A DNA stretch of 64,000 nucleotides from Fibrobacteria bacterium (GTDB taxonomy: Bacteria > Fibrobacterota > Fibrobacteria > UBA11236 > JADFYW01): positions 64,001-128,000 of the forward strand of contig JBNKOC010000004.1 of the NCBI GenBank assembly GCA_050294405.1, given 5' to 3'. The position numbers and the translations under genes are program-made. Below the pieces are notes generated by a model. That model was not told the origin of the DNA, searched no databases, and saw only the letters and a program-made list of their open reading frames with translations. Each line of letters begins with the position of its first letter. Within the stretch, counting starts at the first letter, position 1. Below, in pieces: positions 10,074 to 19,501 of this stretch.

Positions 10074-11472
10074 GTTCCACCTCCTCTAAAATTTTTCGGC
10101 CCCATTTCCAAACATCCCCAGCTCCCAGGGTAACAATAATATCTCCTGGTTTCAGATTAAAAACCTGGTTGACAATTTCCTTCTCTGCTTCAAACAATTC
10201 TATTTCAGGAAAGTGATTTTTAAGTTCTCCAACAATCAGTTGAGAGCTAACATTGTCGATATTCTTTTCTCTGGCAGCGTATATGGGGAGCACCGCAATT
10301 TTATCGGCTAAAGCCAGGGATTGAGCAAAATCCTGGTACAAACGCTTTGTTCTGGAATACAAATGAGGCTGGAATATGGCAAACAACTTTCCGGAATTCC
10401 AATTTTTAAGGGCTTCCAGAGTTGCTTTAATCTCGGAAGGATGATGGGCGTAGTCATCAATAATTTTTATTCCATTTTTTTCGCCCACAACTTCCATTCG
10501 GCGGGCTGCTCCATTAAAGCTTTCCAAACCTTTTTTAATATTGGAAAAGGGAATATCAAGCTTTAATGCCACCGAGGCCGCTCCTAAAGCATTTAAAATA
10601 TTGTGGTTGCCGCTTAATTGTAGATTCAACTCACCCAATTTTGAACCATTATAAAAGATTTCAAAACGCGACCCTTCTTTTCCGTGAACCACATTTTGAG
10701 CATAACAATCAAGACTTTTTTCCATTCCATAGCTAACATAGGGCGCCTGTATCCGGGATAATATCTTCTGGACTCCGGGATCGGACCCGCAAACGCAGGC
10801 AAAGCCATAAAAAGGAACACTGTCGATAAAATCCAGGAAACAGTTTTCCAAATGTTCATAAGAGTCATAACATTCCAAATGATCTGCATCGATATTGTTT
10901 ACCAAAGCCACAGTGGGAAACATTTTTAAAAAGGATCTGTCGTATTCATCCGCTTCGGCAATTAGATAGGGAGAATCTCCAGAAATTGCCGAGCTCTGGG
11001 ATTTTTGCTGGACTCCCCCTCCAATAACAGTGGGTTTCTCATCCAGGCCATTCATTATAGAGGCCAACATTAAGGTCGTTGTGGTTTTTCCATGGGTTCC
11101 CGCCACAGCCAGAGAATATTTTTTTTTCATTATTTCGCCCAGTAGTTGAGCTCTTTTAATAATGGCTACTCCCCTGCTTTTTGCAGAAACCAAACTTACA
11201 TTATCCTGGCTTACAGCTGAACTATATACAACAGCATCCCAAACTCCACTGTCTTTCTGTCCCGGCCCAATATTCACCTCGATGCCTTTTGATTTCAAAT
11301 GGAGGGTAGTATTTGATTCCTGTATATCTGAACCAGACACTTCAAAACCGTTTTGATGCAATACTTCAGCCAATGAACTCATGCCTGAGCCACCAATTCC
11401 CACAAAATGGATATTTTTAAATCCTGGAATTGGTTTCATTGCCCGATATATCTCCCTGTTTTTGACATGCAT
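10066..11472 (-). CDS. murC: UDP-N-acetylmuramate--L-alanine ligase
   Basis: HFVGIGGSGMS, AGTHGKTTT, EADEYD.SFL, DDYAHHP.EI and FQPHLYSRT. Confidence 0.97.
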   Translation of the reverse strand: MHVKNREIYRAMKPIPGFKNIHFVGIGGSGMSSLAEVLHQNGFEVSGSDIQESNTTLHLKSKGIEVNIGPGQKDSGVWDAVVYSSAVSQDNVSLVSAKSRGVAIIKRAQLLGEIMKKKYSLAVAGTHGKTTTTLMLASIMNGLDEKPTVIGGGVQQKSQSSAISGDSPYLIAEADEYDRSFLKMFPTVALVNNIDADHLECYDSYEHLENCFLDFIDSVPFYGFACVCGSDPGVQKILSRIQAPYVSYGMEKSLDCYAQNVVHGKEGSRFEIFYNGSKLGELNLQLSGNHNILNALGAASVALKLDIPFSNIKKGLESFNGAARRMEVVGEKNGIKIIDDYAHHPSEIKATLEALKNWNSGKLFAIFQPHLYSRTKRLYQDFAQSLALADKIAVLPIYAAREKNIDNVSSQLIVGELKNHFPEIELFEAEKEIVNQVFNLKPGDIIVTLGAGDVWKWGRKILEEVEHA

Positions 11473-11475
11473 GGC

Positions 11476-12654
11476 CTAGGCCCTAATCCTTTGTTTAGCC
11501 CAAGCCTGGTGCACAGTTCGTTTTGTCACTTCTTTTTGTTTTACTTCATCTTTTCCCGGATGCATGGAAATATTTAAGACCACTCCGCAAAAAAACATCA
11601 TGGTAACAAGAGCCGTTCCGCCATAGGAAACAAAAGGCAATGGTTGGCCAGTGGTTGGAAAAAAGGCGGCGCATACACCAACATGCATTAACACGGTAAT
11701 GGAAATAGATACAATTATTCCCAAAGAAGCCAGACTGCCAAATCTATCAGCACAGCGATAGGATATTTTCAAACCTCGCCAAACCAAAACCCCAAACACC
11801 ATTAAACAAAGACCTGAACCTATAAAACCAAGCTCTTCCCCTAAAATGGCAAATATTGTATCGGTAAAAGGCATAGGAGGATAACCCAATTTTTGGGTGC
11901 TAGTTCCCAAACCCGTTCCTGTTAACCCTCCATTGCCAAGACTGATTAGGGATTGTAAAGACTGATAGGAACTGGCTGTATTTTCACCGGGATTTACAAA
12001 TGCCATAACCCTTTGCATGCGATAGGGGCTGCTCACCATTAAAAACCCCAAGAAAGGAATTCCTAGGGATCCCAAGGCTAACATATGAGATAATTTTGCG
12101 CCGCCGGCAAACACCATCGTTATTGCCGCCAATAAAATAATCAAGGCAGAACTGTAGTCTGGTTGCAAAACTACAAGGGCAAATAAAAGCCCCACTACGA
12201 CTAGAGATGCCAACAAGCCTTTTTTGAATTCATGCATAAATTCAAATTTGTCTTCCAAAAATTTTGCCAGGAAAAAAACAGAAGCAATTTTAGCAAGTTC
12301 GGAAGGTTGCAAACCAAAGCTCGCAATACTAATCCAGCGTTTAGCTCCATTTACTCCTGAAATAGAGGATGAGGTAATCAAAAAAATCAGTAAACCCAAG
12401 ACAAGAACCGTAAGGGGCAGCGCCAGTTTTTTCCATATATGGTAGTCCACAGCAAACCCAATTCCAAACAAAACCAAAGCTATAACCACTTTTTTTAAGT
12501 GGCTAAACAAAAAGAATGTGTCTGGTAAGTTTCGGGTTAAAGCATAAGCCCCGGATGAGCTGTAGATAATAACTATGCCTAAGCCCAGTAAGAAAAAAAC
12601 GCTCATTAGAAAAAAGCCGTCGAAGTGCAAATGTTGCTTGATATTATTTTTCAT
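11476..12654 (-). CDS. ftsW: Peptidoglycan glycosyltransferase FtsW (SEDS family)
   Basis: NGAKRWI, QPSELAK, QPD, TD.IFA..GEELG and P.TG.PLPFVSYGGT; multi-TM. Confidence 0.95.
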   Translation of the reverse strand: MKNNIKQHLHFDGFFLMSVFFLLGLGIVIIYSSSGAYALTRNLPDTFFLFSHLKKVVIALVLFGIGFAVDYHIWKKLALPLTVLVLGLLIFLITSSSISGVNGAKRWISIASFGLQPSELAKIASVFFLAKFLEDKFEFMHEFKKGLLASLVVVGLLFALVVLQPDYSSALIILLAAITMVFAGGAKLSHMLALGSLGIPFLGFLMVSSPYRMQRVMAFVNPGENTASSYQSLQSLISLGNGGLTGTGLGTSTQKLGYPPMPFTDTIFAILGEELGFIGSGLCLMVFGVLVWRGLKISYRCADRFGSLASLGIIVSISITVLMHVGVCAAFFPTTGQPLPFVSYGGTALVTMMFFCGVVLNISMHPGKDEVKQKEVTKRTVHQAWAKQRIRA

Positions 12655-14039
12655 ACTTTCGTCGCTTCTCTTTTAAGGGCTTCCACCACTCTTTCCAATT
12701 TCAGAAATCTTGAACCCTTAATTAACACCGCGTCATTTGCTTGAACAAGATTTCCCAATTGAAGGAGCAACGCATCCACATTTTCAAAATGATGTCCTTT
12801 TTCTTGGGAAAATCCGTTTTCAATAGCCCCACTCAGATAATTTTTAGACAACTCACCAACACATATTAAGTTGGACAATTTAAGAGAGGGAATTTTTTCA
12901 CCTATTTCCTTATGGTATTGCCCAGCCTTTTCACCCAATTCAGCCATGTCTCCAATAATGGCAATTTTTCTTTCGTCTAATTTGGCTTCATGTAAAGATT
13001 TTAAAGCCGCCCACATAGAATTAGGGTTTGCGTTATAACAATCATCAAAAATGGTGAGTTCTGAAACTTTAGTAATTTGCATTCTATGGCTGGATGGAAT
13101 GTAATTAGCTAATACTTCGGCGCATTCTTTAATTGAAACTCCCATTTCCCGGGCCGCAGCCGTGGCAAGCATAGCATTATATACATTGTGATAGCCTGGA
13201 ACAGACAAATGTATTTTTTCTCCCTCTAAGTAAAAAGATGCCCGCCCCAAAGAATCCAATTCAATTTGGCTGGCTTTTAAGTCTCCGTTAGAAACACCTA
13301 CTTTATAAACTCGATGCTCAGAGTTACTCTCCAATTTGTTTAAATAAGGATCATCCCCATTTACAATGAGTTTCCCGCCTGGCTGAAGGCCTTCAGCAAT
13401 AGATGTTTTTTCTGCAAATACCCCGTCCAGGTCTTTTAAAAATTCAACATGGCTATATCCAATATTTGTAATTAATGCCACGGTGGGATTTACCACTTGA
13501 GTAAGTGTGGAAATCTCCCCCGGATGATTGGTACCCATTTCAATAACAGCGCATTGATGTTGAGTGTTCAAACCAAATAAAGTGCTAGGAACACCTATGT
13601 GGTTATTTAAATTTCCCTTGGTATATAAGGTTTCAAATTTACTTGCTAAGATTTGAGCAAGCATGTCCTTTGTTGTTGTTTTCCCGTTTGAACCAGTAAT
13701 TGCAAACTTGGGTATATTAAACTTTGCAGCATAGGATTTGCCTAAATCAAGTAAAGCCTGATAGCTATTTTCCAGAGCGATAAAAGCACCGCTATCGGGA
13801 GAAGCGGACTTAAACCAGCTATTTTCTACAACGGCTCCATAACATCCATTTTTAACAGCCTCTTTTACAAAACTATGCCCATCAAAAAATTCACCTTTTA
13901 AAGCCCAAAAAGTCTCAGCTTCTATGAGGCTTCTCGAATCGGTATTTAAATAAACATCACGATTATCAATTGAAGCCTTGCCTCGTATTTGTAAATCGGC
14001 ATTTAAAACATTTGAAATTTCCCGGAAGCTCATATTCAT
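12651..14039 (-). CDS. murF: UDP-N-acetylmuramoyl-tripeptide--D-Ala-D-Ala ligase
   Basis: TDSR, ITGSNGKTTTK, NNHIGVP, EMGTNH.GEI, DCYNANP.SM, GDMAELG and KGSR. The ATG at 14039 overlaps the murE stop (ATGA). Confidence 0.96.
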   Translation of the reverse strand: MNMSFREISNVLNADLQIRGKASIDNRDVYLNTDSRSLIEAETFWALKGEFFDGHSFVKEAVKNGCYGAVVENSWFKSASPDSGAFIALENSYQALLDLGKSYAAKFNIPKFAITGSNGKTTTKDMLAQILASKFETLYTKGNLNNHIGVPSTLFGLNTQHQCAVIEMGTNHPGEISTLTQVVNPTVALITNIGYSHVEFLKDLDGVFAEKTSIAEGLQPGGKLIVNGDDPYLNKLESNSEHRVYKVGVSNGDLKASQIELDSLGRASFYLEGEKIHLSVPGYHNVYNAMLATAAAREMGVSIKECAEVLANYIPSSHRMQITKVSELTIFDDCYNANPNSMWAALKSLHEAKLDERKIAIIGDMAELGEKAGQYHKEIGEKIPSLKLSNLICVGELSKNYLSGAIENGFSQEKGHHFENVDALLLQLGNLVQANDAVLIKGSRFLKLERVVEALKREATKV

Positions 14040-15508
14040 GCCATTTCTCCTGAATTTGAGCTTATCCAATTTTGAATAACATGAGAATCGCTGAAAAATA
14101 TTTTTTCTTTTCCCAGAATTTGATAGTCTTCGTGCCCTTTGCCTGCCACTATTACACAATCTTCTCCATTTAACTTTTGCAACATGGCAATAATGGCCTT
14201 TTCCCTATCTAATTCCACATTGACATTTTTTGGATCCTGAATTCCCTTTAATATATCGCTAAGAATTTCCTTTGGATTTTCCGTGCGTGGGTTATCATTA
14301 GTAATACAAACTTCATCAGCGATTTCTTCAGCAACTTTTGCCATCAAAGGCCTTTTGGTTTTATCCCTATCTCCTCCGCAACCAAAAACGCATAACAACT
14401 TGCCTTTAACCAAAGGTCGAAAACTTTTTAACACTCGTTCCAACGCATCGGGAGTATGTGCGTAATCTACAACAGCAATTCCCCCATTTTTTAAGTTAAA
14501 AACCTGATTTCTTCCCGGTACAAAAACACTTTCAATTCCCTTTTGAATTTGAGACTCTGAATAATCCAGGGAAAAGCCCATTGCAATTGTGGCCAATAGA
14601 TTTTCCACATTGATTTGCCCCAACAGTTGGGAATAAAATTGGTAACTCTTTCCCTCAAAATCAATTTGAAGTTGGGTGCCTTCCATTGTTAATCGACTCG
14701 AACTAAGCTCAACAGTTGGAAAGCAAAGTTTCTTAACCTTTTCAGCCGTAAAACCAATAACATTTGACTTTAATGAGTCTGCCAAACGAAGGCCATATTC
14801 GGAAGTCATGTTAATTAAAGCTAAGCCATCAGCTTTTAAATATTTTGTAAACAAAAGGGATTTTGCATTAAAATAATTTTCAAAATTCTGGTGATAATCC
14901 AAATGGTCCTGCGTTAAGTTTGTAAATATGGCCCTATCGAATTCCAATTCAGAAAGCCTGCCTTGATCTAACGCATGTGAAGAGGCTTCCATTACCAGAT
15001 GGCTACAGCCTTTCTCTCTTCCCATTTTCAAGTAACCCATCAAGTCCACAGCATCGGGAGTGGTGAGTTCGGCAGGCAATACATCAGTTCCAATTCTGTT
15101 CTCTATAGTCCCTAACAATACGGTTTTATTTCCATTTTTATTTAAAAGGGAAGAAACCAAATGGGATATAGTGGATTTGCCATTGGTTCCGGTGACCCCC
15201 ACAGAAAAATAGGAACGGCCCGGAAAGCCAAAATAGCGATTAAGAAGCTTGTTTGAGTTTTTCTTTAATTCAGGAATATGAATAACATTTGGGTATTGGG
15301 TAAATTCTGGACTATCGCATAAGATTGCTGAAGCTTCTCTTTGAATGGCTTCTTTCAGGTATTGCTCCGCTAAAGGAGAATTTCCAGCCATAGCCAAATA
15401 CAGGTTGTTTTTATGGACCTTTTTGGAATGTGTAGCAACCCCTTCAAAAGCGGAATTTTTTTCTTCCGGCAAATCCACTGGGATGTCTTGCAAAAATTCT
15501 TTTAACAT
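14036..15508 (-). CDS. murE: UDP-N-acetylmuramoyl-L-Ala-D-Glu--meso-DAP ligase
   Basis: GVTGTNGKST, TTPD, MEASSHAL.Q.R, TNLTQDHLDYH, VDYAHTPD, and the DNPR motif associated with meso-DAP specificity. Start overlaps the ftsI stop (TGATG). Confidence 0.96.
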   Translation of the reverse strand: MLKEFLQDIPVDLPEEKNSAFEGVATHSKKVHKNNLYLAMAGNSPLAEQYLKEAIQREASAILCDSPEFTQYPNVIHIPELKKNSNKLLNRYFGFPGRSYFSVGVTGTNGKSTISHLVSSLLNKNGNKTVLLGTIENRIGTDVLPAELTTPDAVDLMGYLKMGREKGCSHLVMEASSHALDQGRLSELEFDRAIFTNLTQDHLDYHQNFENYFNAKSLLFTKYLKADGLALINMTSEYGLRLADSLKSNVIGFTAEKVKKLCFPTVELSSSRLTMEGTQLQIDFEGKSYQFYSQLLGQINVENLLATIAMGFSLDYSESQIQKGIESVFVPGRNQVFNLKNGGIAVVDYAHTPDALERVLKSFRPLVKGKLLCVFGCGGDRDKTKRPLMAKVAEEIADEVCITNDNPRTENPKEILSDILKGIQDPKNVNVELDREKAIIAMLQKLNGEDCVIVAGKGHEDYQILGKEKIFFSDSHVIQNWISSNSGEMA

Positions 15509-17355
15509 CAACTTGACTGCCCCAGTTTTAAAGTGCATTTAATGCCCCGGCTCACTTTTGAATTTGGCGCAGGGGACTGGGTAACAACATTTCCAATTCC
15601 AGAATAGTTCACTTCTACTTCAAAATCTTTAAGGCGGATAATAGCATCCCGCAAAGAAAGATTTCTCAAATCAGGCATGGACTGGGTTTGGAAATCTTCC
15701 AATTCGTGCTTAGCAGGACTTACTTTTCGCTGGTTTAATAATTGTCCTTCTTCTTCTCCATTTCCTCCAAAGGACGCCATATGTATGGAAACTTTCTTTT
15801 CATTTTTAGCATGCTTGTTATCCCTACTATCAATAGTGGTGGGTTTTTCCACAATCAAATCGGAACTTGGAGTAGAAACCAGCCTGTCCATAATTTCTTT
15901 AAATACCGGACCCGCAGAACTTCCTCCGTATTTGTCCAATTGAGGATCATCCATTAATACCAAACAAACATATTTTGGGTTTTCCACAGGAACCATTCCC
16001 ACAAAAGAAGAATGGAAGTGGCCTTTCATATAAGTTCCTGTTTTTGGATCTATTTTTTCAGCGGTTCCAGTTTTCCCGGCTATGGAATACCTTTCAGATT
16101 TCAGGTTTTTAGCAGTCCCAAATTCCACTACAGCTGTCATTATTTCCTTTAGTTTTTCTGTAGTCTCCGGAGAAACGACGCGGCGCACTTTTTTAGATGG
16201 AATTTCTTTAATTACGTTTCCCTTCTCATCCTTAATTTCTTTTATTAATCTGGGCTTCATTAACATACCCCCATTGGCAACAGCAGCGACCGCCATGGTT
16301 ACTTGTAGAGGAGTGGCATTTATTTCCTGGCCCCAGGCTAGGGTAATTTGAGTCCTGCTGCTCCATTCATCCACAGGTCTTAAGGTTCCGCCTTCTTCGG
16401 CGGGAAGCTCAATTCCAGTTTTCATGCCGAATCCAAATGAGCGAATGTATTTGTAATGGACCGAAGGTTTTAGCATTAATGCCGACTTAGCCATAGCTAT
16501 GTTACTGGAATACGCCATTGCCTCTTTAAAGCTGAATTTTTCATGGGGCTTTGTGTCGTGAACCAAGGCTCCGTTATATTGCCACCTGCCTTTTTCCCCG
16601 TAAAATATATCCGAGGGATTTACTTTTCCCTCTTCAAAAACGGCTGCCGATGTAATGATTTTAAAGGTGGAGCCTGGTTCATAAAGTTTGGAAATGGCCA
16701 TGTTTTTCCAGCCTTTTAAATCCGCTTTGGTTCTTCTGTTAGGATTGTAAAAAGGGTAGTTCGCCATGGACAACACATCCCCAGTAAAAGGATCCACTAC
16801 GATGGCAACTCCCCTTTGGGACTTTGTTCTTTCCACTCCTCTTTCCAAAGCCTGTTCGGTGATTTTTTGAATATCCACATCAATGGTTGTCACAAGGCTT
16901 TGACCATTCATAGATTCCTTGCTTTGCTCATCCACGCCAGGGTAATAGTGACGTTTAACATCATAACGGGCGTATTTCCAGCCATCCACTCCCCGCAAAA
17001 CTTTATCCTGATCGTACTCCAAACCCATTTGTCCGTAGCCGTCTTTGCTGATGTTTCCCAAAACCTGGCCGGCAAGTTTGCCGTAGGGAGCTACCCGGTT
17101 AAGTTCCCTTTGTTTTTCTTTTTTGCCATCGGAAAAACTCAACTCCACTTGCGCATTTTGAACCAACACCCGGCCCTTTCTATCAAATATTTCGCCCCGT
17201 TCCGGTGCGATAATGGTGCGCCTCATAGATTGGCGTTCGGCCATGTTAGTGTAATAGCTGTTTTTAATGAGCTGTACATGCATCACTTTAGCCATCATTC
17301 CAATCCAAGCCAGGATCAGAAATGCGCCTATGGTTATGATGCGTTTATTGTACAT
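15508..17355 (-). CDS. ftsI: Class B penicillin-binding protein FtsI with a C-terminal PASTA domain
   Basis: N-terminal TM, RGEIFDR, SxxK (GSTFK), SxN (SSN), KTG, and PASTA (MPDLRNLSLRDA..G.V..QSP). Confidence 0.95.
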   Translation of the reverse strand: MYNKRIITIGAFLILAWIGMMAKVMHVQLIKNSYYTNMAERQSMRRTIIAPERGEIFDRKGRVLVQNAQVELSFSDGKKEKQRELNRVAPYGKLAGQVLGNISKDGYGQMGLEYDQDKVLRGVDGWKYARYDVKRHYYPGVDEQSKESMNGQSLVTTIDVDIQKITEQALERGVERTKSQRGVAIVVDPFTGDVLSMANYPFYNPNRRTKADLKGWKNMAISKLYEPGSTFKIITSAAVFEEGKVNPSDIFYGEKGRWQYNGALVHDTKPHEKFSFKEAMAYSSNIAMAKSALMLKPSVHYKYIRSFGFGMKTGIELPAEEGGTLRPVDEWSSRTQITLAWGQEINATPLQVTMAVAAVANGGMLMKPRLIKEIKDEKGNVIKEIPSKKVRRVVSPETTEKLKEIMTAVVEFGTAKNLKSERYSIAGKTGTAEKIDPKTGTYMKGHFHSSFVGMVPVENPKYVCLVLMDDPQLDKYGGSSAGPVFKEIMDRLVSTPSSDLIVEKPTTIDSRDNKHAKNEKKVSIHMASFGGNGEEEGQLLNQRKVSPAKHELEDFQTQSMPDLRNLSLRDAIIRLKDFEVEVNYSGIGNVVTQSPAPNSKVSRGIKCTLKLGQSS

Positions 17356-17356
17356 A

Positions 17357-17668
17357 TCAATCTAACCTTGCCAGTGTTTCACCCAAGGGGCCTTCAGGAT
17401 TTATAAACTTGGGAACGCCCCCAAAAATCAAACCGAACTGTTCTCTACCCAGGTTTTCAAGGCGTTTGTAATCTTTTAATTGCTTGTTATCCAATTGGAT
17501 TTTAACAATTTCACTTTCCAACCTTTTGATTTCAGTTTGCAGAATGGATTTTTTCTTAGCTAGCACCACATACTTATTCTCTTTCCAAACATAGCCCGCA
17601 AAATACCCCGCTATTAACAGAATCAAACAGGCCAAGGCAAATATCCCTCTGAATTTCAGTCCTATCAT
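17357..17668 (-). CDS. ftsL: Cell division protein FtsL-like
   Basis: One TM plus a coiled coil and an RLE.....FGL motif, located between rsmH and ftsI. Confidence 0.75.
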   Translation of the reverse strand: MIGLKFRGIFALACLILLIAGYFAGYVWKENKYVVLAKKKSILQTEIKRLESEIVKIQLDNKQLKDYKRLENLGREQFGLIFGGVPKFINPEGPLGETLARLD

Positions 17669-18585
17669 TTTATTTTCTCCAAAACCCTGAGTTTGGCGCT
17701 TCTGGAACGGGGGTTGTTTTTTATTTCCTCAGCACTGGGTTCCAAAGGCTTTTTAAATACCCTTTTTATTTTTTTGTTATTTCCCCCACAACGGCAGATG
17801 GGCCATTCCTTAGGACAATTGCAATCTTTTTCCCATTCCCGGGTGATTTTTTTAACCCAGCGATCTTCAACGGAATGAAAGGTGATAACGCACAAACGGC
17901 CGCCTTTTTTAAGCAGCTTAAGGGAAGATTCCAAGCCTTTCTCCACTTCCAACTTTTCGCTATTCACTTCAATACGAATAGCTTGGGCTATGCGGGCTAA
18001 ATATTTTGTATAAAAACGCTCTCCCTTGGGGAACACTTCTTTAACAGCCTGTAACATCGCCCCCGAACTGGGGTTGCTGGATACATGCTTTTTCAAAGCG
18101 CTGGCCAGCTGTCTGGATTTTTCCAAATCAGAATTTTTCCTAAAAGCCAAAGAAATTTCTTCCTCGGGAGTTTGGGATATGTAATCTAATGCTGTAAATT
18201 CCTGACTTCTATCCATGCGCATATCCAATTCCTGGCCCTCAGAAAAACTAAAACCTCTGGAACTGGAGTCTAATTGCCGTGAACTCACTCCTAAATCCAG
18301 CAATACACCAGAAAGTGAGCCTTCAGAGGCCGCTTCCTCCATATGGGAAAAATTTTTGTGGTATATATGCAGCCGAGGATCGTTCATAAATTTCTGCCTG
18401 CACCAATTTATTGCTTCAGCATCCCTGTCCAGGCCAATCATCTGTCCGTTTGGGCTGAGTTTTTTAAGGATTAGTTCCGTATGACCGCCGCCTCCCAATG
18501 TGCCATCCAGATATGTCCCGTCGGGGTTTACAATTAAATTGTCAAGCACCTCCTTTGCCATAACTGATGTATGATAATATTGCAT
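17665..18585 (-). CDS. rsmH: 16S rRNA m4C1402 methyltransferase RsmH
   Basis: H.SV, DGTLGGGGH, DLGVSS.QLD...RGFSF, LDMRMD, ITFHS.EDR and NPRSRSAKLR. Confidence 0.97.
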   Translation of the reverse strand: MQYYHTSVMAKEVLDNLIVNPDGTYLDGTLGGGGHTELILKKLSPNGQMIGLDRDAEAINWCRQKFMNDPRLHIYHKNFSHMEEAASEGSLSGVLLDLGVSSRQLDSSSRGFSFSEGQELDMRMDRSQEFTALDYISQTPEEEISLAFRKNSDLEKSRQLASALKKHVSSNPSSGAMLQAVKEVFPKGERFYTKYLARIAQAIRIEVNSEKLEVEKGLESSLKLLKKGGRLCVITFHSVEDRWVKKITREWEKDCNCPKEWPICRCGGNNKKIKRVFKKPLEPSAEEIKNNPRSRSAKLRVLEKIK

Positions 18586-18589
18586 TTCA

Positions 18590-19051
18590 TTACATCTCAC
18601 CATTAGAGTAAAAACAGTTTTCAAAACCTTCCGGGTCTTCTTCAGAAAATTGGATCATTTGATTGTATACATTGGGATTCCATAAACGTATCCGTTTGCC
18701 ATCTCCGGCAAATTTCACTTCTTTGTCGATTCCTGCATAATCCATTAGCTCTTTAGACAAAGAAATTCGATTTTGTTGATCGAGTTCTGACATTTTAGCC
18801 ATGGAGGTTACCATCATTACAAAGCGCGCTCCCTTAGGACTTTTTTTAGCCAGAGGTTCTAATTCTTCCATTACATACCTGTTCCATTCGGGTAAGGGGC
18901 GTAGCGCAAGGGATTTTTCTGCAAATATGCTCACAATAACTTTTCCCTCGGAATCAGCAGACAGTTGCTTCCTAAGCTCACGCGGCAAATTAGTTCTCCC
19001 CTTTGCATCAACGGAGACAGTTGCCGTACCTATAAACCCTATTGGATCCAT
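18590..19051 (-). CDS. mraZ: Division/cell wall cluster transcriptional repressor MraZ
   Basis: F.G, D.KGR..LP, second D...RI motif, G....I.LW; first gene of the dcw operon. Confidence 0.93.
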   Translation of the reverse strand: MDPIGFIGTATVSVDAKGRTNLPRELRKQLSADSEGKVIVSIFAEKSLALRPLPEWNRYVMEELEPLAKKSPKGARFVMMVTSMAKMSELDQQNRISLSKELMDYAGIDKEVKFAGDGKRIRLWNPNVYNQMIQFSEEDPEGFENCFYSNGEM

Positions 19052-19064
19052 TTCACCACGATAA

Positions 19065-19114
19065 AATTAACCTAAATTACCCTAAAAGTACCACTTTTAC
19101 CCACGATTAGGCAA
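19065..19114 (-). promoter_or_regulatory. dcw promoter overlapped by MraZ-binding 10-bp-periodic repeats
   Basis: The minus strand reads TTGCCT-18 nt-TACTTT (with TG at the extended -10 position), overlapped by GTGGGTAAAA GTGGTACTTT TAGGGTAATT TAGGTTAATT. GTGG(G) repeats at 10-bp spacing are the known MraZ operator. Confidence 0.8.
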
Positions 19115-19169
19115 TGGTTTTGCAAGAATATCTTAACTTTTTTTATAAAGTTTATGAGACATATGTGCA

Positions 19170-19220
19170 GTAGAATATGTAGTGTTTTTTGCTTATTTAA
19201 AACACAATATATTGTGTTTT
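19170..19220. promoter_or_regulatory. Tandem NrdR-box-like sites
   Basis: ACACAATATATTGTGT (19202-19217) matches the NrdR consensus acaCwAtATaTwGtgt exactly. A degenerate copy, GTAGAATATGTAGTGT (19170-19185), starts 32 bp away. Confidence 0.6.
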
Positions 19221-19501
19221 TTGGGAAATATTAAAATTTCTAAAAAAACTGAAATTACCCCAGTATTTTTCCGGGCTTTAGCCGTTCAAAATCAGGGGCT
19301 TCTGTAAAAATAGACGGATAGAAAAAACACCTATTTTTTATAGGAGTTATGGCGAAAATTTCCAAAATGCTTAATTTTTCAACTAGAAACTTCCGGTTTA
19401 TTTGTGAAAAGTCCAAGGCATTTGAGGCAAATTCTATTTATATTAATCAGCTAAGTGAGGGACTTTTTATCCATATTTACGCATTTTAAACCCATTTAAT
19501 C

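Noticed and set aside
11860..11890. FtsW YPPMPFTD instead of the usual YLPEAHTD
   Set aside because: The catalytic Asp and reading frame are intact; most likely lineage variation or a single-base difference.
19306..19345. Short AT-rich inverted repeats upstream of the kinase gene
   Set aside because: Low-complexity A/T runs that are not distinguishable from chance.
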